A program made the translations under genes and the position numbers. Shown here one piece after another: positions 46,571-55,400 of a DNA stretch of 56,846 nucleotides. How positions within the stretch are numbered: the first letter of the stretch is position 1; every line of letters begins with the position of its first letter. Below the pieces are notes generated by a model, which was not told the origin of the DNA, made no database searches, and worked only from the letters and a program-made list of their open reading frames with translations. Source of the stretch: a virus; IMG/VR virus record IMGVR_UViG_3300045988_088058, positions 1-56,846 of that record. The stretch is one strand, 5' to 3'.

Positions 46571-46926
46571 TTTCTTAAAAGCCTTTCTGCAACCCTTACA
46601 GCAAACGGACAGTCGTAAGGAAGCCCCATTCCAGTATTTCCATCAAACTGCTTAAATTCCTTATAGAGAACAGTTTGACGAAACTCTTCAGGGTGTTTAA
46701 CCATTAAGGAGTACAGTTCGTGGCTCCACTTGTCATACTGCCCGTCTGCTATAATTGAGTCATTAAAATAATAATAGATACAACTATGGACAAGAACTTG
46801 ACGCTCTCTGCGGTTCATAAGCTCAACCACTTGTCCATCAATTGGTTTTTTAGGTTTCGGAACGGTTCTTGCCTTCCGCTTGACAACCGGAGGACCAGGT
46901 TTCGAACCAAATAGCGATTTCTGCAC
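46567..46926 (-). CDS. DNA ligase (LigA)-related small protein
   Basis: ERQVLVHSCIYYYFNDSIIADGQYDKWSHEL; N-terminus MQKSLFGSKP. Confidence 0.6.
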   Translation of the reverse strand: MQKSLFGSKPGPPVVKRKARTVPKPKKPIDGQVVELMNRRERQVLVHSCIYYYFNDSIIADGQYDKWSHELYSLMVKHPEEFRQTVLYKEFKQFDGNTGMGLPYDCPFAVRVAERLLRK

Positions 46927-48086
46927 TAACTTTCTTCCTGAGTAATGATATTGTGAACCGCAGTCATTATCATATCAAATAAATAGTCATCTTCCTTGAG
47001 GCGTCTAACTAGATTAGCCTTACCTTGGAACTTCAACGGCTCTTCGTCTTCATCTGCCATAATTTCTCCAGTTTCAAGGTCGACTATACTGAACCAAGCT
47101 CCTGCTTTTTGAATAACTCCAAACTCAACTGCAACATCTACAAGGTCATTTTCAATTTGAATCCCTTCGTGATATGAAAGAGTGTAGGAAACCAATTTTC
47201 TATCAGGCTTGAATGCTTTAGTCTTTTCGACGAATGACTCTACAATATTTCCGGCAGGGTTTCGAGCAGTTCGTGTTAAAGATGCTCCGTTTTCGTCAAG
47301 GTAATCGCCTTTTCTAAATTTCAATCGAACTGCACAAGCATGCTTCCACATCTTTCCGCCTGGAGTAGAGTAGGCATTGTACTGACTATTCATATCTTCG
47401 CGGATTTGGTTGATGCCTAAGAAAATAGCATTGTACCTAGTGAGAAGAGGAGTGACTTTTCGACTGAATTCAGTAAGCGGAGCCGATATTCCTGCATAGG
47501 CTTTTTTGGTAAGTTCTTCGTCTATAAGATTTTGGCTTACCATGTAAGGTAACGAGTCAAGGACTACTAGCCCGACTTCACCTGTTTCAAAAATGTCTAG
47601 AACGTATTGAAGTATTTCCTCAGCACTATTCATTTCAGGTCGAACGATCCACATATTATCGACATCAACGCCTATTTTCTTCGCCCACTCAGTGTCTAAT
47701 GTATTTTCAAGGTCGAGGTACACAATTTTGAGAGGCTCCTGTAAGCTATCAAGTTGCATTTCAAGTTCCTTGATAGCAGTCTTGCTAGCTTTAGACGCAC
47801 GCGCATTTTCCAGCTTTTCCTTGAGTTCTTCAGTCTTCTGTTCCCACTCCTGCTCGAATACCATTTGCGCATTCTTGACAATGTCGAGAGCTGAAGTAGT
47901 CTTACCACTTGACTCAGGACCGAAAAATTCAACTACCCTTTTTCGAGGAAGTCCACCATAGGTTTGATAATTCATAGAAGGAGCAGAAAAAGGAATTCTT
48001 GGAAGAGCTTCACGTTCAAGTCCTTGAACTGCTACAAGAGCTTTCGAATCCTTATTCCAATCCTTCATCAACTGTTCTAGTTTCAT
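46926..48086 (-). CDS. recA: RecA/UvsX-family recombinase
   Basis: RVVEFFGPESSGKTTSALDIV, GLVVLDSLPYM, GINQIREDMN. Confidence 0.9.
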   Translation of the reverse strand: MKLEQLMKDWNKDSKALVAVQGLEREALPRIPFSAPSMNYQTYGGLPRKRVVEFFGPESSGKTTSALDIVKNAQMVFEQEWEQKTEELKEKLENARASKASKTAIKELEMQLDSLQEPLKIVYLDLENTLDTEWAKKIGVDVDNMWIVRPEMNSAEEILQYVLDIFETGEVGLVVLDSLPYMVSQNLIDEELTKKAYAGISAPLTEFSRKVTPLLTRYNAIFLGINQIREDMNSQYNAYSTPGGKMWKHACAVRLKFRKGDYLDENGASLTRTARNPAGNIVESFVEKTKAFKPDRKLVSYTLSYHEGIQIENDLVDVAVEFGVIQKAGAWFSIVDLETGEIMADEDEEPLKFQGKANLVRRLKEDDYLFDMIMTAVHNIITQEES

Positions 48087-48577
48087 TAGAAATCACCTGT
48101 GCTTCCATGTCCTCCTCGAGCCACATTTCCTAAAGATTCTACGAAATTGAACTTGATAGCAGGTTGCTTTTCTTGAATTCTAAATTGGGCAATTCTTTGG
48201 TCGTAGAAGATATCTGCGTCACGAGTAGCATACCAAACTGAGAACCATTCATCAGTGTCGCCTTTGTAACCTTCGTCAATCACTCCACTCGAAACAAATA
48301 CTAGTCCAGTTTTCCTGAAAAGACTTGAACGAGGGTGCAAGATAGCTTCATGTCCTTTAGGTAGCTCTAAAGCAAAGCCGTGTGCAATTTTAATGCTTTC
48401 ACCGGCTGCGACTGAATAAACCTGCCCTTTTTGAAGAACTGTTCGACATTTTGAAACCTGATTGTCGTCAGCGTCGATTCTAGTAATTGCACTGACTCGA
48501 ACATCTACCCAATCACCTGTAAATTTTAATCGGTCAAGTTTCAGGTCAATCATTTTCACGTTTACGTCTTTTGACAT
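48086..48577 (-). CDS. dut: dUTPase
   Basis: LHPRSSLFRKTGLVFVSSGVIDEGYKGDTDEWF; RGGHGSTGDF C-terminal motif. Confidence 0.93.
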   Translation of the reverse strand: MSKDVNVKMIDLKLDRLKFTGDWVDVRVSAITRIDADDNQVSKCRTVLQKGQVYSVAAGESIKIAHGFALELPKGHEAILHPRSSLFRKTGLVFVSSGVIDEGYKGDTDEWFSVWYATRDADIFYDQRIAQFRIQEKQPAIKFNFVESLGNVARGGHGSTGDF

Positions 48578-49112
48578 TTAATACTCCTTTTGAATTATTA
48601 GATTGAGTTTCTAACTCTGCTAGTTGCCATGTTTGAATACGTTTTAAAGATGCTAATACTTTGTCAGCTTGCTCAAGTTTTAATTGAACTTTTTTGTAAG
48701 CCCGTTTATAAGCATTTTCAATAACTTCTTCATTCATAACAAGTTTTCTAGTTTCAGCTTGCTTATCAGGAATAGTTTTCCCGGCGGCTAAAATATAAAG
48801 ATTATCGTACTTTTCTTTTCGAATTGCAGAACTTGAATCCATTTGAATTCCAACCATTTCTGCTCGGTCTGCTGCAAAATATAGAAGAGTAGGAAGATAG
48901 CCTATATAGTAATTTAAGTCTTCTATAACGACGGGATTCTGACTTACGACAAATTGAATTTCTTCCATTGCCTGGTCAAGTGGACCACAGGCTGCTTGGA
49001 CAATTTCATCTACGACTTTATTGATAATATCACCATAAGAATCCGCTACATTTTGAGCATCACGGATTTCCTCTTCGCGTATATCAATTTGAGGTAATTT
49101 AGGTCTTGCCAT
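48546..49112 (-). CDS. Hypothetical recombination-associated protein
   Basis: Preferred start MARPKLPQIDI; between dut and recU-like genes. Confidence 0.65.
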   Translation of the reverse strand: MARPKLPQIDIREEEIRDAQNVADSYGDIINKVVDEIVQAACGPLDQAMEEIQFVVSQNPVVIEDLNYYIGYLPTLLYFAADRAEMVGIQMDSSSAIRKEKYDNLYILAAGKTIPDKQAETRKLVMNEEVIENAYKRAYKKVQLKLEQADKVLASLKRIQTWQLAELETQSNNSKGVLNVKRRKREND

Positions 49113-49590
49113 CTTGTCTCTCCTTGTAATGAAGCTCAACTGCATCTAGAACATTTTGGAAAGGAATGGTCAATCTAGTTCGACGCTTCTTGTAAGAAAC
49201 TTCATACCCTGCATCGATGAAGTTCGGGTTGACGCTTCTAACTCCAGACCGTTTAATTTTCTCAAGGCTTGAAATTGGATACCATATAATCTTTTCATGC
49301 TTTTGGAAATACACTAAAATTCCGGCGAGAATAAATTTGCATCCATCTGCGCGTGATAACTGGAACCATTGATTTTCAGTAATATTGTTGAAACTCAAAG
49401 AAGCTTCTTTAGTAGTTTTCAGTTCAATAAACAAGGTTCCAAAGTTAGTTGCGGCTATATAATCGCAGGGATTTGCAACTCCTCGAAATCCATTAGTGGT
49501 ATCATATAGACGGACCGTAAAAGCATCTTTCTCAAAGTTCTTTGCGCCTTCGAAGAAATCCTCTTCAAACATTTTTCCAGTATAGCTCAA
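49099..49590 (-). CDS. RecU-like Holliday junction resolvase
   Basis: GKMFEEDFFEG...PCDYIAATNFGTLFIELKTTKEASLSFNNITENQ. Confidence 0.8.
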   Translation of the reverse strand: MSYTGKMFEEDFFEGAKNFEKDAFTVRLYDTTNGFRGVANPCDYIAATNFGTLFIELKTTKEASLSFNNITENQWFQLSRADGCKFILAGILVYFQKHEKIIWYPISSLEKIKRSGVRSVNPNFIDAGYEVSYKKRRTRLTIPFQNVLDAVELHYKERQDGKT

Positions 49591-50363
49591 AGATTTCTAC
49601 CTTCCTTTCTGCAGTATGGGCAATAAGCTGAAGAACAATAGATTTTAGGACTTTCGCCTTTCTCTACATACTCTTCGCAGGTTGTAAGTTTTTCAAGAAC
49701 TTGATTTTTCATTTCATCAGTGATGTGAAAAGTATAGGCTTTCTTTTCGAAGTTATCTCGATTTTCATAGAGAAACATGACATCGTCAACTCCTAGACAC
49801 ATTCCGTAGCAAGTGGCCTGCATTTTATGCTCTTCATATGGCTCAGTATGCTTAGTGAACTTGAACATAGTTTCAGTCTTAATCTCTAAAATATAGAGCT
49901 TGCCTCTGTATCGAATCAGTCCATCACATAGAAATGAGAGTTGAAGAAGCTCGTTCTTACACTTGGTTTCATAGTCGTTTTTCTTGAAGCGCTCGTCGAC
50001 AATAGTTCCCTCAACGGGATTTTTATCTAAAAATTCTGCTACATTTAACCACTCAAAGTCGTTTTCGATTGAGGACATTTTAACGAGATATTCTTGAAGA
50101 ACCTCATGCCTAAAAGTTCCAGCTTCGCCCATTGCTACAAGATTAGAATCGGCGTTGCTTCGAATAGCTTGACCAGTTCTTTCAAAGTACATTTGACGAA
50201 GACATCCTCCTACACCGCTAGGCTTATAATAAGTCGAAGGTTTATACTCAGGTTGCGTCCTTTCAATAACCTGCGTCAGTGAATTGACAAAAGAGGAAGC
50301 AGGACCTTCACTATTTCCTGCTCTGACCATCTTTGCAATTCTAGTTAAATTAGACTTAACCAT
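49587..50363 (-). CDS. Cas4/RecB-like PD-(D/E)XK exonuclease with Cys cluster
   Basis: GVGGCLRQMYFERTG, FRHEVLQEYL, LYILEIKTE, C-terminal CSSAYCPYCR. Confidence 0.82.
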   Translation of the reverse strand: MVKSNLTRIAKMVRAGNSEGPASSFVNSLTQVIERTQPEYKPSTYYKPSGVGGCLRQMYFERTGQAIRSNADSNLVAMGEAGTFRHEVLQEYLVKMSSIENDFEWLNVAEFLDKNPVEGTIVDERFKKNDYETKCKNELLQLSFLCDGLIRYRGKLYILEIKTETMFKFTKHTEPYEEHKMQATCYGMCLGVDDVMFLYENRDNFEKKAYTFHITDEMKNQVLEKLTTCEEYVEKGESPKIYCSSAYCPYCRKEGRNL

Positions 50364-51436
50364 TATTCTTCAGGTTCTTGAAGCGCCAAGAAGTAAATGA
50401 CACCGTTCGAGGAAATCTTAATTGCGTTTTCGCTTCCATAAGAGACAGTGAAGTTTTCTTCGGTGACAGTTGATACAATTTCCTTCAAAAGCAAGCTATT
50501 AAGGTGGCAAGTGAATTCCTTTTTCGAAACCTTTTTCCCTGCGGCTGGGTAAACAATGTCTTCATAACTGCTTGTAGAAGTCTTAATTCGAAGTCGATCT
50601 TTTAAGAAAAGAAGTTCGACAGTTCCTTTATCGAAAGCAGAAGTGAACAGCACAAGACGATCTAATACGCTCATGATTTGTGAAGTAGGAACGGCTGCGT
50701 CGTCAATGAACTCGATTTGGTCAAGCTGTGACACGTCTTCATAGTCTTCCATTCCTTCCATCAATTTTCCGTAAATTTCAACTGAAGCGGATGAAATGTA
50801 AACCGTATTGCTATCAATTTGCCAGAAGTACATTTTCTCGTCAGGAACGCCAGCGAGAATTGCCATCAGGTTGTAAGGAATAAGCATCTCTAATTCCTTT
50901 TCTTCGATAGGGTTGATACATACGCGAATAATGTCTGTCGTAATTGCTTTGCTGTCTTTAAGCAAGAATCCTGTATAAATTCCATCCGCCCCTGATTTAG
51001 ATACCGCAGAATCGTTGATATTAGCAATTCCGTAGAATAATGAACTTTTCAAGGTAAGAGCATTTTCTTCTGTCACATCTTCGAGCAAGTGGTCAAATGT
51101 AGGATACTCTTCATCTTCTGTAACGATATCGATATTATATTCACCGTTCCCGATAACCTTCAACGAAGACTCTTCAGGGACTAAGGTAATAGTTGCAGCA
51201 GTGGTCTTTTCTACAAGTTTTCCAAACTGCTCAGCTTTCACAATCACGTCAATTTCAACGTCGCTGTCAATGATACAGCGAAGGAAATTAGATCCATCAT
51301 ATGCGGTGAACATAACACATTCACCGTCACCAAAAATATGCCAATAGTTTGTAATCTCTAGCAACTTGCTAGGTTTCAACTTATTGAGCTGCGAAACAAT
51401 TTTCGAAAGTTCTTCAGTCTTGAACTTAATACTCAT
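50363..51436 (-). CDS. dnaN: DnaN-like sliding clamp
   Basis: 357 aa three-domain pattern; LVPEESSLKVIGNGEYNIDIVTEDEEYPTFD; next to recombination/replisome genes. Confidence 0.78.
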   Translation of the reverse strand: MSIKFKTEELSKIVSQLNKLKPSKLLEITNYWHIFGDGECVMFTAYDGSNFLRCIIDSDVEIDVIVKAEQFGKLVEKTTAATITLVPEESSLKVIGNGEYNIDIVTEDEEYPTFDHLLEDVTEENALTLKSSLFYGIANINDSAVSKSGADGIYTGFLLKDSKAITTDIIRVCINPIEEKELEMLIPYNLMAILAGVPDEKMYFWQIDSNTVYISSASVEIYGKLMEGMEDYEDVSQLDQIEFIDDAAVPTSQIMSVLDRLVLFTSAFDKGTVELLFLKDRLRIKTSTSSYEDIVYPAAGKKVSKKEFTCHLNSLLLKEIVSTVTEENFTVSYGSENAIKISSNGVIYFLALQEPEE

Positions 51437-51465
51437 AATATGAGCCTCCTTTTCTTGATATATAT

Positions 51466-51495
51466 AATATACACGAATTACCGTAAATTTGTAAA
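51466..51495 (-). promoter_or_regulatory. Class B promoter (TTTACA-N16-TGTATATT)
   Basis: Reverse strand motif upstream of the clamp gene. Confidence 0.6.
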
Positions 51496-51502
51496 CCTGT
51501 TT

Positions 51503-51748
51503 CTAAATAATTTTAAATCTTCTAAGCATATTGAGTTTTGCTTCATAAGTTCCGTTCACGGCAGCCTCCTGCATCTTAAGTACAATGAAAGGAGGTTCAT
51601 CTATATTGTTGAAACTATAGAATGTAAATAACTGGATAATAGCTTCATCGACGCCTATTTTCCCTTCTCGAAAATTCAAGGAAAGTTGACGTTTGAACTC
51701 GACTATTTTTTGATATTCTTGATAGGTTTGAACTTTTCTCATAATCAT
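51503..51748 (-). CDS. Hypothetical small protein
   Basis: 81 aa ORF. Confidence 0.6.
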   Translation of the reverse strand: MIMRKVQTYQEYQKIVEFKRQLSLNFREGKIGVDEAIIQLFTFYSFNNIDEPPFIVLKMQEAAVNGTYEAKLNMLRRFKII

Positions 51749-51756
51749 GGTCCTTT

Positions 51757-51900
51757 CTATAATACATTGTATCCAATCGCTTTCATATCTTGAGCCTCTT
51801 TCAAAATTGCTTGCTCCAAGTTGTCTTCGTATTCAACGTACTTTATAAGGTAAGCGTTAGCCGCTTCTAAGTAGAACTTGACTCTTTGAACTTTTGTCAT
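51757..51900 (-). CDS. 47-aa protein missed by the ORF track
   Basis: MTKVQRVKFYLEAANAYLIKYVEYEDNLEQAILKEAQDMKAIGYNVL; immediately downstream of a class A promoter. Confidence 0.6.
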   Translation of the reverse strand: MTKVQRVKFYLEAANAYLIKYVEYEDNLEQAILKEAQDMKAIGYNVL

Positions 51901-51937
51901 TTTGTTTACCCCTTTATTTGTTTTTCTTTATAGTTAC

Positions 51938-51996
51938 ATTATACGATAATGAAATAATAAAGTCAAGCATTTTTGTGTAAAAAGTTGAACTTTTTT
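51938..51996 (-). promoter_or_regulatory. Class A promoter with AAAAAGTTGAACTTTTTT element
   Basis: Reverse strand TTGACT (51961-51966)-N17-TATAAT (51938-51943). Confidence 0.9.
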
Positions 51997-51997
51997 A

Positions 51998-52027
51998 CAA
52001 AAAAAAATAAGAGCGAAAAGCTCTTAT
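51998..52027 (-). terminator. Rho-independent terminator of the deazaguanine operon
   Basis: Reverse strand ATAAGAGC-ttttc-GCTCTTATTTTTTTTT. Confidence 0.88.
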
Positions 52028-52963
52028 CTAAAATAGTCGACGTTGACGATTTTTAATTCCTTTGAATTCATAGTTCTCTGCCCAATCCAGCATGTATTGA
52101 ACATTGAACAATGCTCGAAGTTTATAGTCTTCCACTAATTGCTCAAGACTAAAATGCGCTCCAGTTTCTTCGATAATAGATTCGATTTCAACTTGAACTG
52201 GTTTTGGCAGCCTACGAACAGCATCAATTCCTCCGTTCTTCTGTGACAAGTCAACTAGTCCTTTTGAAGTCATAATGTTTCCCATCGCTCCTGTCAACAG
52301 TACAGAAGTCGAGTCGGCGCTATAGAATGGGTGACGCTCTAATTGGCTAGTAACTGTCATCCCGAAAGCGTGAGTCTTAACATCAGGATTAGAACTGTTT
52401 CGAATAACTTGAAATACTCTTTCCATCCACTTGTCTTTGTGCTTCGTAGTCGAGTCATTGGCTGGAGATATTCCGATGTAAGGAATATGCTTGCCGCCTT
52501 CGAACGTAGTTTCAAGCATTAAGTTCAGCCATTTAAAATCTTCTCCCATATGGAAAATAGGCAAGAGCTTATCCTTTTCAATCATTCTCTCGCGCATGTA
52601 TAGATAGTTATCCCAAGAAATTTGTGGCGCCTCTAAAAGCTGTTCACGTGTCTTAGGCTGTCTAAATACACCGGGAATTTTATCGAGTTCGGCGATACAG
52701 TCGAACATTCCTACATTATCATTGACGTATTCAATGTAGGCGTCAATATCAACTTCAGCTCCCTTAGTATGAGCAGAATATGCACTAGAGTCGACGAATA
52801 GTTTAGAAGTGGTTCCAGGATTGTTCTTCTTGTGTTCAATCCACCTCTTGCCAATTCCGTTTCTTTCGTATAGCTGATTAAAAAGTCGATTAGCTCCTCG
52901 CTCTTTTAAATAATCGTCAGTGCTAATAGCATGCCCTCCGGCAAAGTACAAATTGAATCCCAT
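52028..52963 (-). CDS. dpdA: DpdA-like DNA 7-deazaguanine transglycosylase (TGT superfamily)
   Basis: KLFVDSSAYSAHTKG, YIGISPAND, THAFGMTV; terminal gene of the preQ0/preQ1 operon. Confidence 0.8.
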   Translation of the reverse strand: MGFNLYFAGGHAISTDDYLKERGANRLFNQLYERNGIGKRWIEHKKNNPGTTSKLFVDSSAYSAHTKGAEVDIDAYIEYVNDNVGMFDCIAELDKIPGVFRQPKTREQLLEAPQISWDNYLYMRERMIEKDKLLPIFHMGEDFKWLNLMLETTFEGGKHIPYIGISPANDSTTKHKDKWMERVFQVIRNSSNPDVKTHAFGMTVTSQLERHPFYSADSTSVLLTGAMGNIMTSKGLVDLSQKNGGIDAVRRLPKPVQVEIESIIEETGAHFSLEQLVEDYKLRALFNVQYMLDWAENYEFKGIKNRQRRLF

Positions 52964-52965
52964 TT

Positions 52966-53451
52966 CTACGCTCCAATCATTTTCTTAAAAGCGCTGTTCT
53001 TCGCCAATGTAGATATAACGAAGTATGAAATTAAAACGATAATGGCTTCACTGATTCCTACATAAATGACGGATTCCCAAAATGGCAAAGAGTACACAAT
53101 TCGAAGCTCAAGTGCAATAATGTAAGCATTAGCAAGAACCGGACAGACTAGTGAATACAAAGGGCTCGACATTTTAGCGACTTTCACCATGGAAATAATT
53201 CCAAGGAACGTAGCAAGTGAACCAAAGGCGACATCAATTAGTCCGAGAGGTGAAAAGAAATTTGCAATAATGGTTCCCATAACAATTCCAGGAGTCCATC
53301 TATGATTCCACAAAGGCAAAAGAACTAGAACTTCACTAATTCTAAATTGAACTGGGCCGTAGCTGATTGCAGAAAATGCAATCGTCAATGTAACATACAG
53401 GGAAGCAATAAGAGCAGTTCGAACAAGCCATAAGGTTGCGCTTCTATTCAT
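52966..53451 (-). CDS. queT: QueT family queuosine precursor transporter
   Basis: RTALIASLYVTLTIAFSAISYGPVQFRISEVLVLLPLW...GTIIANFFSPLGLIDVAFGSLATFLG. Confidence 0.93.
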   Translation of the reverse strand: MNRSATLWLVRTALIASLYVTLTIAFSAISYGPVQFRISEVLVLLPLWNHRWTPGIVMGTIIANFFSPLGLIDVAFGSLATFLGIISMVKVAKMSSPLYSLVCPVLANAYIIALELRIVYSLPFWESVIYVGISEAIIVLISYFVISTLAKNSAFKKMIGA

Positions 53452-53461
53452 TTTCGTCCTC

Positions 53462-54094
53462 CTATTTGATAAGTTGCATCAATTCAGCTCTAGCTGATGC
53501 GTCATCTTGGAAAAGCCCTCGCATAGTTGAAGTCACTGTCGTTGCTCCATGCTTCTTAATACCGCGTCCGCTCATGCAAGTATGCTCAGCCTCTACGATG
53601 ACTGCAACTGCTTGAGGATTTAGAACTTCCTGAATAGCGTCAGCGATTTGTTGAGTCAAGCGCTCTTGTACTTGAAGTCGTTTAGCATATCCTTCAACCA
53701 CTCGACCGAATTTTGAAAGACCTGTAATCTTATCCTTAGGAATGTATGCAATATGCACCTTCCCTACGAATGGAGCTAAATGATGCTCACACAAAGAGTT
53801 GAAAGGAATATTTTTCACAAGAACAAGATCTTCATGGTCAACGTCAAATGTTTTTTCAAGGTGAAGTTTAGGATCTTCGCGATACCCTACGGTATGTTCT
53901 GCTAGTGCCTTTACAAAACGGAACGGAGTATCTTGTAGTCCGTCACGTTCAGAGTCATCGCCTAATAGGCTGAACAGACCTTGAATAGCCGATTCTGCAT
54001 TGTCAAGGGCGACAATTTCATTTGTCTTAAGAGAAGAAAATCCATTTTCTCTTCCTAGTAAGTCGCCGATTTTATCTAATTGTTCAATTTTCAT
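53462..54094 (-). CDS. folE: GTP cyclohydrolase I
   Basis: FNSLCEHHLAPFVGKVHIAYIP, EAEHTCMSGRGIKKHGATTVTS; start at MKIEQLDK. Confidence 0.96.
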   Translation of the reverse strand: MKIEQLDKIGDLLGRENGFSSLKTNEIVALDNAESAIQGLFSLLGDDSERDGLQDTPFRFVKALAEHTVGYREDPKLHLEKTFDVDHEDLVLVKNIPFNSLCEHHLAPFVGKVHIAYIPKDKITGLSKFGRVVEGYAKRLQVQERLTQQIADAIQEVLNPQAVAVIVEAEHTCMSGRGIKKHGATTVTSTMRGLFQDDASARAELMQLIK

Positions 54095-54095
54095 T

Positions 54096-54890
54096 TTATA
54101 CTCCTCTTTTATTATCATATACCAGTGTATGAAGCTGTGGTAAAGGTCGAACATTGTTAAAAGCTGGATCCTGATATACTTTGTCCCATAGCCAACCTAA
54201 TTTTTCAAGTAGTCGGTCACTGATTTTCCCTTCTTCGTAGGCGTTTGCATTCCCGACTGATAAATAATTGACTGGGCGTAGCTTGTCCTTAAAGGTTTCG
54301 AACATATTTCGAGCGTAAGCTAAATCCGTATCGTCGAAGATTACAATCTTAAACGACCAGTCAAGTCCTTCCTCATTTAGGCGATCTACAATTGCTTCAA
54401 GAATTTTCATATTAGTTCGCATTCCACTTGAAGGTGGTTTAGGACTAATAGTGATATCGCTGACTTCTTTGAACCATTCTTGGAATCGAGTCCCTTGAGT
54501 TTCGAGACCGAACTTGAATCCATGCTCTTTTAGAATCGAAATCATCTTAGCCATAGGCTCGTTAAGTAAGGCAGGGTTTCCTCCAGTCAATGTCACGTGG
54601 TTACAAATCTGCTCACCTTTTTCGTTGAAAGCTAGTTTTAAGATTCGACTAGCAGCCTCATCGCCTGTAATGTATTCAGGTTCAGTAGTACCGTTCCAGG
54701 TAAAGGCTGAGTCACACCAGTTACAATGATAATCACATCCACCAGTTCGAATGAAAATGGTCTTTTGACCTATAACCATTCCTTCGCCTTGGATTGTAGG
54801 ACCGAAGATTTCCATAACAGGCATCTTCTCAGGGTCGCGAACGTTGATTCGAATCTTTCCTCTATCAGGTTGATTGTATTTATTAACCAT
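54096..54890 (-). CDS. queE: 7-carboxy-7-deazaguanine synthase
   Basis: EIFGPTIQGEGMVIGQKTIFIRTGGCDYHCNWCDSAFTW radical SAM CxxxCxxC. Confidence 0.95.
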   Translation of the reverse strand: MVNKYNQPDRGKIRINVRDPEKMPVMEIFGPTIQGEGMVIGQKTIFIRTGGCDYHCNWCDSAFTWNGTTEPEYITGDEAASRILKLAFNEKGEQICNHVTLTGGNPALLNEPMAKMISILKEHGFKFGLETQGTRFQEWFKEVSDITISPKPPSSGMRTNMKILEAIVDRLNEEGLDWSFKIVIFDDTDLAYARNMFETFKDKLRPVNYLSVGNANAYEEGKISDRLLEKLGWLWDKVYQDPAFNNVRPLPQLHTLVYDNKRGV

Positions 54891-54892
54891 AA

Positions 54893-55399
54893 TTATTCCT
54901 CTAATAATTCAGCGACAGTGACTTCACTGTTTCCTTCAATGAATTTCACATTCTTGAACATTTCAATTTCTCGGTCAGTGAAAATTTCATAATAGGTGCA
55001 TTCTGCACAACCTGTAGGAGTTTCCCACAATTTTATAGAGTCGATACGAGCATGCTTCCACATAAGCTCAGTGAGCACCCATGTAAGAAATCTTGACATA
55101 TTCTCAGCCGTAGTTCTAAATCCAAAGAGAACTCGCTTAGTGTCCACGGCGTTAGCTAAAGCAATAGGCTCATTTCCTTGAAGAAGGACAGCGTGGTCAA
55201 GTCGGTCGATAAATTTACCTGCGATTTTCTTAACGTGATAAAAGTCAACTACCATTCCTTGACTTGAACCATGGTCAAAAGTTTCACCTGCAAGAGAAAT
55301 TTCTACCTTGTAGGTATGCCCGTGCAAATTTGCACACTTTCCAAAATGCCCAACTAATTGATGAGCGGCATCGAATGTCAATGTTTTAGAAACTTTCAT
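54893..55399 (-). CDS. queD: 6-carboxytetrahydropterin synthase
   Basis: FDAAHQLVGHFGKCANLHGHTYKVEISLAG; LDHAVLL; ETPTGCAECTYYEIF. Confidence 0.95.
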   Translation of the reverse strand: MKVSKTLTFDAAHQLVGHFGKCANLHGHTYKVEISLAGETFDHGSSQGMVVDFYHVKKIAGKFIDRLDHAVLLQGNEPIALANAVDTKRVLFGFRTTAENMSRFLTWVLTELMWKHARIDSIKLWETPTGCAECTYYEIFTDREIEMFKNVKFIEGNSEVTVAELLEE

Positions 55400-55400
55400 G

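Noticed and set aside
47692-47961. + strand ORF 47692-47961 and nested - ORF 47696-47932
   Set aside because: Entirely within recA in other frames; Ser/Arg-rich shadow translation.
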